Shown: one piece after another, positions 38,990-48,431 of the stretch | How positions within the stretch are numbered: the stretch's first letter is position 1 | Layout: each line of letters begins with the position of its first letter | Translations under genes and position numbers: made by a program | The notes under the pieces: model-generated | Databases searched by the model: none | Seen by the model: the letters and a program-made list of their open reading frames with translations, nothing else | What the model was told of the DNA's origin: nothing | IMG/VR virus record: IMGVR_UViG_3300020595_003017 | Coordinates: 1-64,000 of that record | Reading direction: 5' to 3' (one strand) | Source of the DNA: a virus | Length of the DNA stretch: 64,000 bases

Positions 38990-40210
38990 ATGTTATTTCA
39001 AACTTTAGACGACAAGACTGAGTGTGTTGGCATTTACGCTGACAATAAACTACTATTTGATGTAGGTGACTTCCCCGAGGGGCTTAAGTCTACTTGGAGT
39101 TACTCGCCCTACCTAAGAGGCATGGATATCGATTACGCATCCTTGTATCTTGAAGGCGAAGACCTGTCTGGCAATATACCTGAGTTTTTGCGGGACGACT
39201 GGAGTGATGTATCAGAAAGAATATTGGCTTTCAGGCGGTCTTTACAAATCTCTAAGGTCAATCAAGACGAAAACTGTTTCTTCGACCTTGTGCCAGAAAG
39301 ATTCCTCAAGGACTTTTGTGAGGTAAAGAATAATATAACTAAACATATTCTTAAGACAGTACCAAAGCCTAAAAGATACGATTATCACAAGCATGTTTCA
39401 ATGCTGCTAGGAGATATAGCTTGCCAACCAGTAACTGTGGACAGAAAAAAGCTTTCATCTTATCTTACTAGTAAGAAGCTAGGCAATCAAGCCAGGGCTA
39501 TGATGGAGTGCTCTCCTTATGTTAGGTATAATCAGTTTGGTACTGTTACAGGTAGGCTTACCACTAAGAAAAACTCTTTCCCGATTTTAACTTTGAATAG
39601 ATCACTAAGACATGCTATTAAGCCACAAAATGATTATTTTTTAGAACTGGATTTTAATGGGGCAGAGGTAAGAACTCTTCTTGGGATGTTAGGATCACCG
39701 CAACCTGTGAATGACGTTCATGACTTCCACCTGACAAACGTTTTTAATTCTTTGGTTTCTAGAGAGCAGGCCAAGACTTTGTTTTTCTCGTGGCTGTATG
39801 GCTCAAGGCAAATGGCTGCCTCTGCGGAGGGTAAAAAGCTAGAAAGTTTTTATGAGAGATCAAAACTGTTGGATAAATTTTATTGTGACTCTACTGTAAC
39901 GACGCCATTTGGCAAAGTCATTAACGACGTGGACAAACATCTTGCTTTGAACTATTTGGTCCAGTCAACCACGGCAGAACTAACCCTAAAGCAAGCTTTG
40001 AAGATAGATTACCTGCTCAGAAGAGATGGCACTGGCTCAACAATAGCTTTTTTAATACATGACGCTATTGTTCTGGACCTTAAAAATGAGGATGAGTGGT
40101 TGTTGCCTAGCATTAAAAAACTAATGGCTTCAACCAATTTTGGCAACTTCATCATAAATACTAAATCAGGAAAAACACTTGGTTCTTTAAGGGATATTAA
40201 AATTGGATAA
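38990..40210 (+). CDS. Minimal family-A DNA polymerase (polymerase domain only)
   Basis: TVTGRLT; motif A LDFNGAEVR; motif B REQAKTLFFSWLYG (R-x3-K-x3-F-x3-Y); NYLVQSTTAE; motif C IHDA. Confidence 0.82.
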   Translation: MLFQTLDDKTECVGIYADNKLLFDVGDFPEGLKSTWSYSPYLRGMDIDYASLYLEGEDLSGNIPEFLRDDWSDVSERILAFRRSLQISKVNQDENCFFDLVPERFLKDFCEVKNNITKHILKTVPKPKRYDYHKHVSMLLGDIACQPVTVDRKKLSSYLTSKKLGNQARAMMECSPYVRYNQFGTVTGRLTTKKNSFPILTLNRSLRHAIKPQNDYFLELDFNGAEVRTLLGMLGSPQPVNDVHDFHLTNVFNSLVSREQAKTLFFSWLYGSRQMAASAEGKKLESFYERSKLLDKFYCDSTVTTPFGKVINDVDKHLALNYLVQSTTAELTLKQALKIDYLLRRDGTGSTIAFLIHDAIVLDLKNEDEWLLPSIKKLMASTNFGNFIINTKSGKTLGSLRDIKIG

Positions 40211-41060
40211 GGTTATAGGATTAGGAAAATTTGGCTGTTCCATCGCTGAGCATTTAACGTCTTATCCAGAGTATCGAGTTTATAAAATCGATTCTGACAT
40301 TACAGAACGAGGCTCCCTTTCTATCGGAGCACATAACGACATGCAAGAATATGAAAACTTAATTGATGATCAAGAAATAACAGTATACCTCAGGTCAGTT
40401 AAGACAGACGATGAGGTGCTGATTATCACAGAGGGCGGCGAACCAATATCTGGTGCTTTGCTTAGAATTTTATCGACTATAAAAGACGCTAAAGTCTCAG
40501 TTCTTTATGTTTGCCCAGATCGACAAATATGTTCTGAAATACAAAAACGAGACGATAAAATATGTTTCAATATAATTCAGCAATACGCCCGCAGCGGGGC
40601 CATTGAAACTGTTTATTTGTTAAGCAAATCATCTGTTGAGGCTCTGGTCGGAGATGTTTCGATTCAAGAGTATGAGAAAAGTATGTCGTACTTTGTTTCT
40701 TATGTGTTGGCGATGGTTAATTACTTTAACCACACAAAAGCAATTGTCTCAAACAAGTTATCTGTAAGAAATTCTTGTAGGATTGCAACTTTTGGAGTAT
40801 GCTCCCTTGAGAACAACGCCCCGGTTAGCTTGTTGTTCCCGTTACAAAAAATATCAGACGTGCATTTCTATTATGGGTTACCTGAAGAAACCATAGAGGG
40901 TGACGGAACCATCATGAAAAAAATAAAACAGCAAGTTACGGATTACAAAACAGACGAAAATATGAGCGTTGGTTTCTCTGTCTATCCTTTAACTTTGGAC
41001 GACCCATTTGTGGCTTGTCTTGCCTATTCGAGTGAAATACAAAATTTTGCCTTTATTTGA
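40203..41060 (+). CDS. Divergent tubulin/FtsZ-like protein
   Basis: N-terminal VIGLGKFGCSIA (T1-like), EVLIITEGGEPISGA (degenerate T4 loop), V.VLYVCP, ETVYLLSK; TTG start overlapping the polA stop. Confidence 0.62.
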   Translation: MDKVIGLGKFGCSIAEHLTSYPEYRVYKIDSDITERGSLSIGAHNDMQEYENLIDDQEITVYLRSVKTDDEVLIITEGGEPISGALLRILSTIKDAKVSVLYVCPDRQICSEIQKRDDKICFNIIQQYARSGAIETVYLLSKSSVEALVGDVSIQEYEKSMSYFVSYVLAMVNYFNHTKAIVSNKLSVRNSCRIATFGVCSLENNAPVSLLFPLQKISDVHFYYGLPEETIEGDGTIMKKIKQQVTDYKTDENMSVGFSVYPLTLDDPFVACLAYSSEIQNFAFI

Positions 41061-41097
41061 CACTATATATTGTGATATAAAATAGGGTAATTTCCGC

Positions 41098-41538
41098 ATG
41101 AACCAAAACAATAGGCGAGGTATTCTTCTAGCCTCTTTTGTGAACACTGAAGACGAAAATATAATAAATGCAGAGGTTCAATGGATTGTTGAAAAGCTTG
41201 AGCTTACCAATAATTACATTTTTTTGCTACAGAATCTTGATACCCCAGAAAAGAAAATACTAACTTACAGTGCTATAACAGAGCCGGGGAAAAGATTTAA
41301 TCCAAGGTTGCACACTATGCGAATCCACCGGAAAAAACAGACAAATACGCTTTACACCATAAATGCACTTAATGCAGCAGTGTCAAAACAACACGATGGA
41401 CAGACTGGGAAGCATCTAAAACTTGATTGGGAAGAGTATTCTAATTGTCTGTTATTGACCTCTGGAAAAAAACTTCAAGCTTATCCCATTGAAGTAATAA
41501 AGATTTTTAAAATAGAAGACCCTCCTGAGGAAAATTAG
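41098..41538 (+). CDS. Conserved hypothetical protein
   Basis: 146-aa ORF; IHRKKQTNTLYTINALN segment. Confidence 0.65.
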   Translation: MNQNNRRGILLASFVNTEDENIINAEVQWIVEKLELTNNYIFLLQNLDTPEKKILTYSAITEPGKRFNPRLHTMRIHRKKQTNTLYTINALNAAVSKQHDGQTGKHLKLDWEEYSNCLLLTSGKKLQAYPIEVIKIFKIEDPPEEN

Positions 41539-41539
41539 C

Positions 41540-41567
41540 TTTACACCCTATCCTGATATGGTATAGT
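41540..41567 (+). promoter_or_regulatory. Sigma70-type promoter for ssb
   Basis: TTTACA-N16-TATAGT with TG extended -10; SD AAGGAG downstream. Confidence 0.65.
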
Positions 41568-41603
41568 AGATCACGGTCAACTAACCAGTAAAGGAGAAAT
41601 ACA

Positions 41604-42377
41604 ATGGGTATTGACTTGAGCAAGATGAGGGCGAAGCACGCTGCTCTTACGACCAGAGGAGGAGACTCCTCAGAAAACTTTTGGAAGCCAGAAGAGGGCA
41701 CGCACCAGTTGCGACTAGTATGCCCGCCAAACGGCGATCCTTTCTTTGAGGCATATTATCACTACGGCATGGGTGCCGAGGGTAAGACCACTGTCCTCAG
41801 CCCACGCACTAACGGTGGTGATGACCCCATCGCAGAGTGGGGAACCCGTCTTTGGAACGAAGGCACCGACGGCTCTAAGGAAGCAGCCAAACGCTTTTGG
41901 CCTAAGATGCGTATTTTCGCCCCCATCGTCGTCCGTGGCGAAGAGGACAAAGGCGTCCGCTGGTGGGGCTTTTCCCGCACCACCTATCAGGCACTTCTTG
42001 ACTTAGTTCTTGATCCTGAATACGGTGACATCACCGATACCGAGAAGGGTACAGACATCCGTATTGATTACGGCAAGAAGTCTGGTCAATCCTTTCCGAC
42101 GACGGATGTCCGACCAATGCGTCGTACTTCGCCCCTTGCGAAGACAGAGGAAGAAGTCAACACTCTTCTTGAAAGCATTACATCCGCTGCCGAAATCTTT
42201 GACGTCGCCTCCTATGAGGATTGTGAGAAGGTTCTTAATGAGACGCTCGGTGACACAGACACCAGCGCCACCAACGAGACAACTCGCTACAACGACAGCA
42301 CCGCTACCAAGTCTGACAAGGGCATGGAAGGCGTGGCAGATATCGAATCAGCGTTTGACGATTTGCTGTCTAGTTGA
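41604..42377 (+). CDS. Single-stranded DNA-binding protein (T4 gp32-like)
   Basis: FWKPEEG, HYG, VVRGEEDKGVRWWGF, YGDITD..KGTDI; acidic C-terminus AFDDLLSS. Confidence 0.85.
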   Translation: MGIDLSKMRAKHAALTTRGGDSSENFWKPEEGTHQLRLVCPPNGDPFFEAYYHYGMGAEGKTTVLSPRTNGGDDPIAEWGTRLWNEGTDGSKEAAKRFWPKMRIFAPIVVRGEEDKGVRWWGFSRTTYQALLDLVLDPEYGDITDTEKGTDIRIDYGKKSGQSFPTTDVRPMRRTSPLAKTEEEVNTLLESITSAAEIFDVASYEDCEKVLNETLGDTDTSATNETTRYNDSTATKSDKGMEGVADIESAFDDLLSS

Positions 42378-42381
42378 CCAG

Positions 42382-42415
42382 CACCCGCAGGGGGGCACGG
42401 GGTGACAGGTGCCCC
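42382..42415 (+). other. Predicted H-type RNA pseudoknot between ssb and recA
   Basis: S1 CACCC(42382-86)/GGGTG(42400-04); S2 GGGGCAC(42392-98)/GTGCCCC(42409-15); interleaved pairing. Confidence 0.5.
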
Positions 42416-42437
42416 TCCTTATGGAAATGGAGATTAA

Positions 42438-43508
42438 ATGGGAAACAAAGCTGGAAACAGCCTTGTAAGTGATTTGCGCAGCGAATTAAACAAGGCAGCT
42501 AAAGAAAATATTGCATATGACTTGCATGGGGATAACCCAACAGACGTCAAGACTTGGATTTCCACCGGCTCAACGCTTTTGGATTATATTATTTCCAACC
42601 GCCGAGACGGGGGGATCCCTGTTGGCAAGCTCACCACGATTGCTGGTGAATCTGCTAGTGGCAAGAGTCTTGTTGTCACTCAGATCCTGGCCAACTGTCA
42701 GAAGATGGGAGGCGTTGCTGTTTATATTGATACGGAGAACGCAGCATCCCCAGATTTTATGGAACAACTAGGACTTGACACAAAGAACAACTTTATGTAT
42801 GTTCAACCTGGCACGATTGAAGAAGTGTTTGAAACTATTGAACGCCTCATCGGACTCATCAGGGAAAAAGCACCTGACCGCTTAGTCTGTATTGTGTGGG
42901 ACAGCGTTGCTGGAACCCCAGTCAAAGCCGAGGTAGAAGGGGACTATGATCCCAACAGTCGTATCGGTCTGACAGCCAAGGCACTAGCCAAAGGTATGCG
43001 GAAAGTAACGGAGACACTCGGCAAAGAGCAGATCGCCATGGTTTTCACCAACCAGTTGAAGACCAACATCGGCGTGATGTTTGGAGACAACCGAGTGGAG
43101 CCAGGTGGCAAGGCTCTACCCTATCATGCTTCCAGTCGTATCTGGCTGACCCAGCACAAGGGAAAAGCCAACGGTCAGATTCTAAACGAGAAGAAGCAGG
43201 TCATTGGTTTCCATACCAGTGCCAAGACGATGAAGTCTCGCTTCGGACCATCACCAAGGAGTTGTCAGTTTGATGTATTATTTGACCTTGCTAACGACCG
43301 TGTTGGCGTTGATGATGAAGGTTCCTGGCTTAGTGCTATCGCTGGCACGCCTGGCTGTATTCGCAGCGGCGCTTGGTATACTATCAATGTTGACGGGGAA
43401 GATAAAAAGTTCCAAAGTAAAGACTTTTCGAAGCTCTTAGAAGATAAGAAGTTTAAGGAAAGAGTTCTTGACATCCTAGAGGATGAGTGTAGAATAGGTA
43501 AGAAGTAG
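42438..43508 (+). CDS. recA: RecA/UvsX recombinase
   Basis: ISTGSTLLD, GESASGKS, YIDTENA, IVWDSVA, FTNQLK, EPGGKALPYHAS. Confidence 0.93.
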   Translation: MGNKAGNSLVSDLRSELNKAAKENIAYDLHGDNPTDVKTWISTGSTLLDYIISNRRDGGIPVGKLTTIAGESASGKSLVVTQILANCQKMGGVAVYIDTENAASPDFMEQLGLDTKNNFMYVQPGTIEEVFETIERLIGLIREKAPDRLVCIVWDSVAGTPVKAEVEGDYDPNSRIGLTAKALAKGMRKVTETLGKEQIAMVFTNQLKTNIGVMFGDNRVEPGGKALPYHASSRIWLTQHKGKANGQILNEKKQVIGFHTSAKTMKSRFGPSPRSCQFDVLFDLANDRVGVDDEGSWLSAIAGTPGCIRSGAWYTINVDGEDKKFQSKDFSKLLEDKKFKERVLDILEDECRIGKK

Positions 43509-43532
43509 AGATACTACTCTTACGGAGACCCC

Positions 43533-44489
43533 ATGAAAAGATTGCTGATTATTGATGGACAAAATATGTTCATCCGTAACTATGTCATGTCCCCTCAGTT
43601 GGATATCAACGGAAATCCAATTGGGGGGCTGACTGGTTTTATGCGCTCCCTTCAGAAAGAAGTACGACGTGCCAAGCCTGACCGAGTGGTCATCTGCTGG
43701 GAGGGCCCAGGCGGTTCACAAAAACGCCGGGAGAAGAATAAGAATTATAAACTTGGGCGCAAGGCTCCTAAGCTCAATCGTGAGTATGAATTTGCCACAC
43801 CCGAAGCAGAGCGGGAAAATAAATACGAACAACTCATGCGACTAATTGAATATCTAGAAAACCTTCCAGTGCTCCAGATGTCGCTTGACAGTGTAGAGGC
43901 TGACGATATCATTGCCTGGTTGTGTCACTGTAACGAGTACGCCGAATGGCAGAAGATCATCGTATCTAACGACCAAGATTTTTTGCAGTTGTGTGACGAT
44001 AAAACTATCCTTCTACGACCGGGTAAAAACGAACAGGTTCTTAATAAGAACAAGGTCTTAGAGGAATATGGAATCCATCCTCGCAACTTTGCCTGGGCTC
44101 GTGCAGTTGTTGGAGATAAGTCTGACAACTTAGATGGTGTTAAAGGTCTTGGTCTAAAAACCATGGCTAAAAGATTTCCCTTCCTTTCGGAAAATAAAGA
44201 CTATGGCCTCGACGACATTATGTCGCACGCAAGAAATAATAAAAATAAAATTAAGGCATATCAAAATGTTGTTGATAATGAAGAAATTATCGCCCTAAAT
44301 TATGAGATTATGCAGCTATATATCTCTACCATATCACCGCAAGGAGTTAACAAACTCAAGTATGCGATTCAGAACGACGGGGTTGATCTAAATCGCACCA
44401 AAATTAGGACAATGCTTCTCAAGGATGGTATCGGTACTCTTAATATTGACGAACTTATGTTGATGCTAAACTCTCATAAAAAAGTTTGA
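43533..44489 (+). CDS. 5'-3' exonuclease / flap endonuclease (T4 RNase H-like)
   Basis: LIIDGQN, EADDIIA, SNDQDFLQL, GDKSDNLDGVKGLG. Confidence 0.92.
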   Translation: MKRLLIIDGQNMFIRNYVMSPQLDINGNPIGGLTGFMRSLQKEVRRAKPDRVVICWEGPGGSQKRREKNKNYKLGRKAPKLNREYEFATPEAERENKYEQLMRLIEYLENLPVLQMSLDSVEADDIIAWLCHCNEYAEWQKIIVSNDQDFLQLCDDKTILLRPGKNEQVLNKNKVLEEYGIHPRNFAWARAVVGDKSDNLDGVKGLGLKTMAKRFPFLSENKDYGLDDIMSHARNNKNKIKAYQNVVDNEEIIALNYEIMQLYISTISPQGVNKLKYAIQNDGVDLNRTKIRTMLLKDGIGTLNIDELMLMLNSHKKV

Positions 44490-44497
44490 GAGCAGCC

Positions 44498-44525
44498 TTC
44501 ACATTTTCGTTAGATGAGTTATAGT
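44498..44525 (+). promoter_or_regulatory. Sigma70-type promoter for the helicase
   Basis: TTCACA-N16-TATAGT. Confidence 0.55.
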
Positions 44526-44543
44526 AAGGAACAAGGAATACAA

Positions 44544-46031
44544 ATGCCCGAACAACAGTACGACACATTCAGCAAGTTCGGAAAGTCGTTCCAAGAAAAA
44601 TTAGTAAAGACAGTCCTCTTTGATCGCAATTTTGCGAATCAGATGGAAGAGGTATTGGATACCAGTTATCTAGAACTAAAGTATCTTCAGGTTTTTGTAG
44701 ACCTGATGTTCCAACATAAGCAGTCCTATCCGCACCCAACCTATGAAGCAATGGTTTCAGTTGTGCGTACACAGACCGAAGATTACTCAGATAGTATTAT
44801 TAAACAAGTCATTGAGTTTATGGCTCGCATCAAGAGCAATGCTATTGGTGATGACGACGAAGAATACGTCAAGGAAAAGTCCTTAGACTTTTGCAAGAAG
44901 CAGAAATTAAAAGAAGCCATCCTTAAGTCCGTTGACCTTCTCCAGTCCCAGAGCTTTGATCAGATCCAAAAGGTTATCAACGAAGCTATGAATCTTGGAG
45001 CCGATAATAACCATGGACATGACTGGCACAAGGACGTTCTTGATCGCTTTGAGCTAAAGATGCGCAATCCTGTTTCTACCCAGTGGGACGAGATTGATAT
45101 GATTACTAAGGGTGGGCTTGGTAAGCGTGAGCTTGGCGTGGTGGTTGCTCCAACTGGCGCAGGTAAATCCATGGCTCTTGCTCACCTGGGTGCTCATGCA
45201 GTGATTAAAGGCAAGACCGTGGTCCATTATACGCTGGAGCTTGCCGACACCGTAGTTGGCCAACGCTACGATTCCTGTATTACAGGCATTGATTTAAAGA
45301 ATTTGATGTCTATGAAAGATTCCATCTTGGGGGTGATTGAGCACATCCCTGGGCAACTCATTATCAAAGAGTATCCAACCAAGTCAGCATCCACTCGTAC
45401 AATCTCAACGCACCTAGAGAAACTAAAGCAAAAGGGTATCAACCCTGATATGATTATCGTGGACTATGCTGATCTTTTGAAACCAACAGCCTCCGGGTTC
45501 AAGACCCAGGAGCTACGCCACAGTCTTGGAAACATCTATGAAGAACTTCGAGCCATTGGCCAAGTTTGGGATATCCCAGTGTGGACAGCATCGCAGACGA
45601 ATCGCAGTGGATTGAACGCCGAGGTTATCACGATGGAGTCCATCAGTGAAGCATTTAGCAAGTGCTTTGTAGCTGACTTTATCTGTTCCATCTCCCGCAC
45701 GGTTGAGGATAAGACCGAGAACAAAGGTCGCATGTTTGTGGCCAAAAACCGTAACGGTGTTGATGGCATTGTTTACCCAATGGAGATTGATACAGCCAAG
45801 GTTCATCTGCGAGTGCTCCCACCTGACGAGCACTCGACAATAGATGCTGTGGTGATGAAGACCAAACAAGAACAAGATGAACACCTACGCAAGAAGTATC
45901 AGAAGTTTAAAGAAGAGCGCCGCAAACAACAAGCGGACGATAAAAAAAAAGTGAATGAAGAGAAGAGCCTTAAAAATGAGTTACAAGATTTAGCAAAAAA
46001 AATAAAATCTGAGGAGCAAGAAGCAGTATGA
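44544..46031 (+). CDS. Replicative helicase (DnaB/T4 gp41-like)
   Basis: APTGAGKS, IIVDYADLL, TASQTNR, AKNRNG; start placed at 44544 downstream of the promoter and SD. Confidence 0.92.
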   Translation: MPEQQYDTFSKFGKSFQEKLVKTVLFDRNFANQMEEVLDTSYLELKYLQVFVDLMFQHKQSYPHPTYEAMVSVVRTQTEDYSDSIIKQVIEFMARIKSNAIGDDDEEYVKEKSLDFCKKQKLKEAILKSVDLLQSQSFDQIQKVINEAMNLGADNNHGHDWHKDVLDRFELKMRNPVSTQWDEIDMITKGGLGKRELGVVVAPTGAGKSMALAHLGAHAVIKGKTVVHYTLELADTVVGQRYDSCITGIDLKNLMSMKDSILGVIEHIPGQLIIKEYPTKSASTRTISTHLEKLKQKGINPDMIIVDYADLLKPTASGFKTQELRHSLGNIYEELRAIGQVWDIPVWTASQTNRSGLNAEVITMESISEAFSKCFVADFICSISRTVEDKTENKGRMFVAKNRNGVDGIVYPMEIDTAKVHLRVLPPDEHSTIDAVVMKTKQEQDEHLRKKYQKFKEERRKQQADDKKKVNEEKSLKNELQDLAKKIKSEEQEAV

Positions 46032-47899
46032 AAGATCAAGAAATTTCAACCAGGATATTATCCGATATCACAGTGTACATGAAGTATGCCCGTTATTTGC
46101 CTGAGTTAAAGCGTCGAGAAACTTGGGAGGAACTTGTTGCTCGTAATATGGAAATGCATATGAAGAAGTACCCAAATCTCAAGCAAGAGATTAAGGATAA
46201 CTACCAATTCGTATATGATAAAAAGGTTCTCCCATCGATGCGATCCATGCAGTTCGCAGGGAAACCTATTGAAATCTCTCCTAACCGTGTGTTTAATTGC
46301 GCTTATGCTCCCGTGGATGACTGGCGTGTATTCGGCGAGATTATGTTTTTGTTACTTGGTGGAACTGGTGTCGGTTACTCGGTCCAACAACATCATGTTG
46401 ATGAATTGCCAGAGATCCGTAAACCTAATCCCAACAGAACTCGGAGGTATTTAGTAAATGATAGTATTGAAGGATGGGCTGATGCCGTCAAGTATCTTAT
46501 CCGTAGTTACTTCTTCGGTGGCTCACGGCTACGATTTGATTATAGCGATATTCGCCCTAAGGGTGCTCGCCTTGTAACGTCTGGCGGCAAAGCCCCAGGA
46601 CCCCAACCACTGAAAGAGTGCTTGGTCAAAGTGGAAGGTGTTTTAACTGAGAAGAGTGATGGTGAAAAACTGTCGGCCATTGAAGTGCATGACATCGTTT
46701 GCCATATTGCCGACGCTGTTTTGGCTGGAGGCATTCGCCGTGCTGCTCTCATCTCTCTTTTTTCCGCAGATGATAAAGAGATGATTGCTTGCAAGTCTGG
46801 CAACTGGTGGGAGACTAATTCACAGCGAGGACGAGCCAACAACTCCGCTGTGCTTTTGCGGCACAAAGTAACAAAAGAATTCTTCTTAGATTTGTGGAAG
46901 CGAGTGGAAGCATCCAATGCCGGCGAGCCTGGTATCTACCTGTCCAACGATAAGGACTGGGGAACCAACCCGTGCTGCGAGATTGGGCTGCGACCATTTC
47001 AGTTTTGCAACCTGACTGAAGTCAATGTCAGTAATATTGCTGGACAGAATGATCTAGAAGAACGAGTGAGAGCCGCATCTTTTATCGGCACACTCCAAGC
47101 TGGCTACACAGACTTTCATTATCTCCGTCCAGTTTGGCAGCGGACCACCGAGAAGGACGCCCTTATTGGTGTGTCTATGACTGGTATCGCTTCCGGTCGT
47201 GTGCTTCAAGATGACATTAGTTTGACGGATGCTGCCAACGTAGTGAAAGAGGAAAATGTTCGTGTTGCAGATATGATTGGAATCAATCACGCAGCCCGCA
47301 CAACCTGTGTTAAGCCTGCTGGAACCACCAGCTTGACCCTAGGAACTTCCAGTGGTATTCACGCCTGGCACAATGATTATTATATCCGCCGAATTAGAGT
47401 TGGCAAAAATGAGCCAATTTATTGGCACCTTGCTGTCAACCACCCTGATCTGGTTGAGGATGAGTACTTCCGCCCACATGATACAGCCGTAATATCAGTG
47501 CCCCAGCGGGCACCCGAAGGTTCTATTTTGCGTGATGAAAGTGCGTTTCAGCTTTTGCGTCGGGTAAAGAAGATTACCAAAGAATGGATTAACCCTGGCA
47601 AACGCTCTGGACAGAACGGCCACAATGTCTCTGCGACTGTATCTTTACATGAAAATGAGTGGACTGATGCTGGCGAATGGATGTGGGATAACCGTAACTC
47701 ATACAACGGATTGGCTGTTCTTCCGTACAACGGTGGAACTTATCAACAAGCACCGTTTGAGGACTGTTCGAAAGAAAAATACGAAGCCATGTTATCGGCT
47801 CTTGAAAACGTTGACCTCACAAAGATTATTGAAGAGGATGACAACACCGATCTCAAAGGCGAGGCTGCTTGTGCCGGGGGTGCGTGTGAAATTACTTAA
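46028..47899 (+). CDS. nrdJ: Class II (B12-dependent) ribonucleotide reductase, monomeric RTPR type
   Basis: LPSMRS, FNC, TNPCCEI, CNLTE, TCVKPAGT; C-terminal CAGGACE. Confidence 0.9.
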   Translation: MKDQEISTRILSDITVYMKYARYLPELKRRETWEELVARNMEMHMKKYPNLKQEIKDNYQFVYDKKVLPSMRSMQFAGKPIEISPNRVFNCAYAPVDDWRVFGEIMFLLLGGTGVGYSVQQHHVDELPEIRKPNPNRTRRYLVNDSIEGWADAVKYLIRSYFFGGSRLRFDYSDIRPKGARLVTSGGKAPGPQPLKECLVKVEGVLTEKSDGEKLSAIEVHDIVCHIADAVLAGGIRRAALISLFSADDKEMIACKSGNWWETNSQRGRANNSAVLLRHKVTKEFFLDLWKRVEASNAGEPGIYLSNDKDWGTNPCCEIGLRPFQFCNLTEVNVSNIAGQNDLEERVRAASFIGTLQAGYTDFHYLRPVWQRTTEKDALIGVSMTGIASGRVLQDDISLTDAANVVKEENVRVADMIGINHAARTTCVKPAGTTSLTLGTSSGIHAWHNDYYIRRIRVGKNEPIYWHLAVNHPDLVEDEYFRPHDTAVISVPQRAPEGSILRDESAFQLLRRVKKITKEWINPGKRSGQNGHNVSATVSLHENEWTDAGEWMWDNRNSYNGLAVLPYNGGTYQQAPFEDCSKEKYEAMLSALENVDLTKIIEEDDNTDLKGEAACAGGACEIT

Positions 47900-47946
47900 A
47901 GGGAAACAAAAACTATAATATAATATAAAGAGGAAAGGAGTCTAAC

Positions 47947-48180
47947 ATGGCTACTCTAAACTTTATTATGCCCCGTGAGCTACAAGAAGGATTTTGTAAT
48001 CGAGAGGCGAAACAAAACAAGGTGAAACATGCGTGGGTTCCCTCTGGGCAGACCCGTGCTATCTTTGGCGACCAGATAGCGATCGAGTGTTATTGTAAAC
48101 ATTGTAATAAACGAGAATGGACCCAGACTTCTCGCTTTGAGTTTGAAATGCTACAGGATTATTGGGAGGAATTAAGATGA
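47947..48180 (+). CDS. Small Cys-containing hypothetical protein
   Basis: SD AAGGAG; CYCKHC motif. Confidence 0.6.
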   Translation: MATLNFIMPRELQEGFCNREAKQNKVKHAWVPSGQTRAIFGDQIAIECYCKHCNKREWTQTSRFEFEMLQDYWEELR

Positions 48181-48428
48181 AACCTTTAAATCGCAGACTA
48201 CTTATTGAAATAATCGAGGAGGATCCACAACAGGGTGCGTTCTTTGTACCTACAGAGGAGAAGGTTGAAGACTTCTTACCGGCTAAAGTATTGGACTGCG
48301 CTGACGATTGCGCAAAAGACTTAACCGGAAAGACAGTTGTCATCCACGCTTTTGGTAGAGAGGAAGTAACCGTTAAAGGTAAAAGATATACTTTTATTGG
48401 TGAAAGTCATCTGATCTGTGTGGAGTAA
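48177..48428 (+). CDS. groES: GroES-like co-chaperonin
   Basis: MKPLNRRLLIE, mobile-loop-like GAFFVP, GKTVV, YTFIGESHLI. Confidence 0.78.
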   Translation: MKPLNRRLLIEIIEEDPQQGAFFVPTEEKVEDFLPAKVLDCADDCAKDLTGKTVVIHAFGREEVTVKGKRYTFIGESHLICVE

Positions 48429-48431
48429 TGT

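Noticed and set aside
42375-42437. Selenocysteine insertion at the ssb UGA
   Set aside because: SSB already ends in a typical acidic tail; no redox motif context; the structure does not resemble a bacterial SECIS
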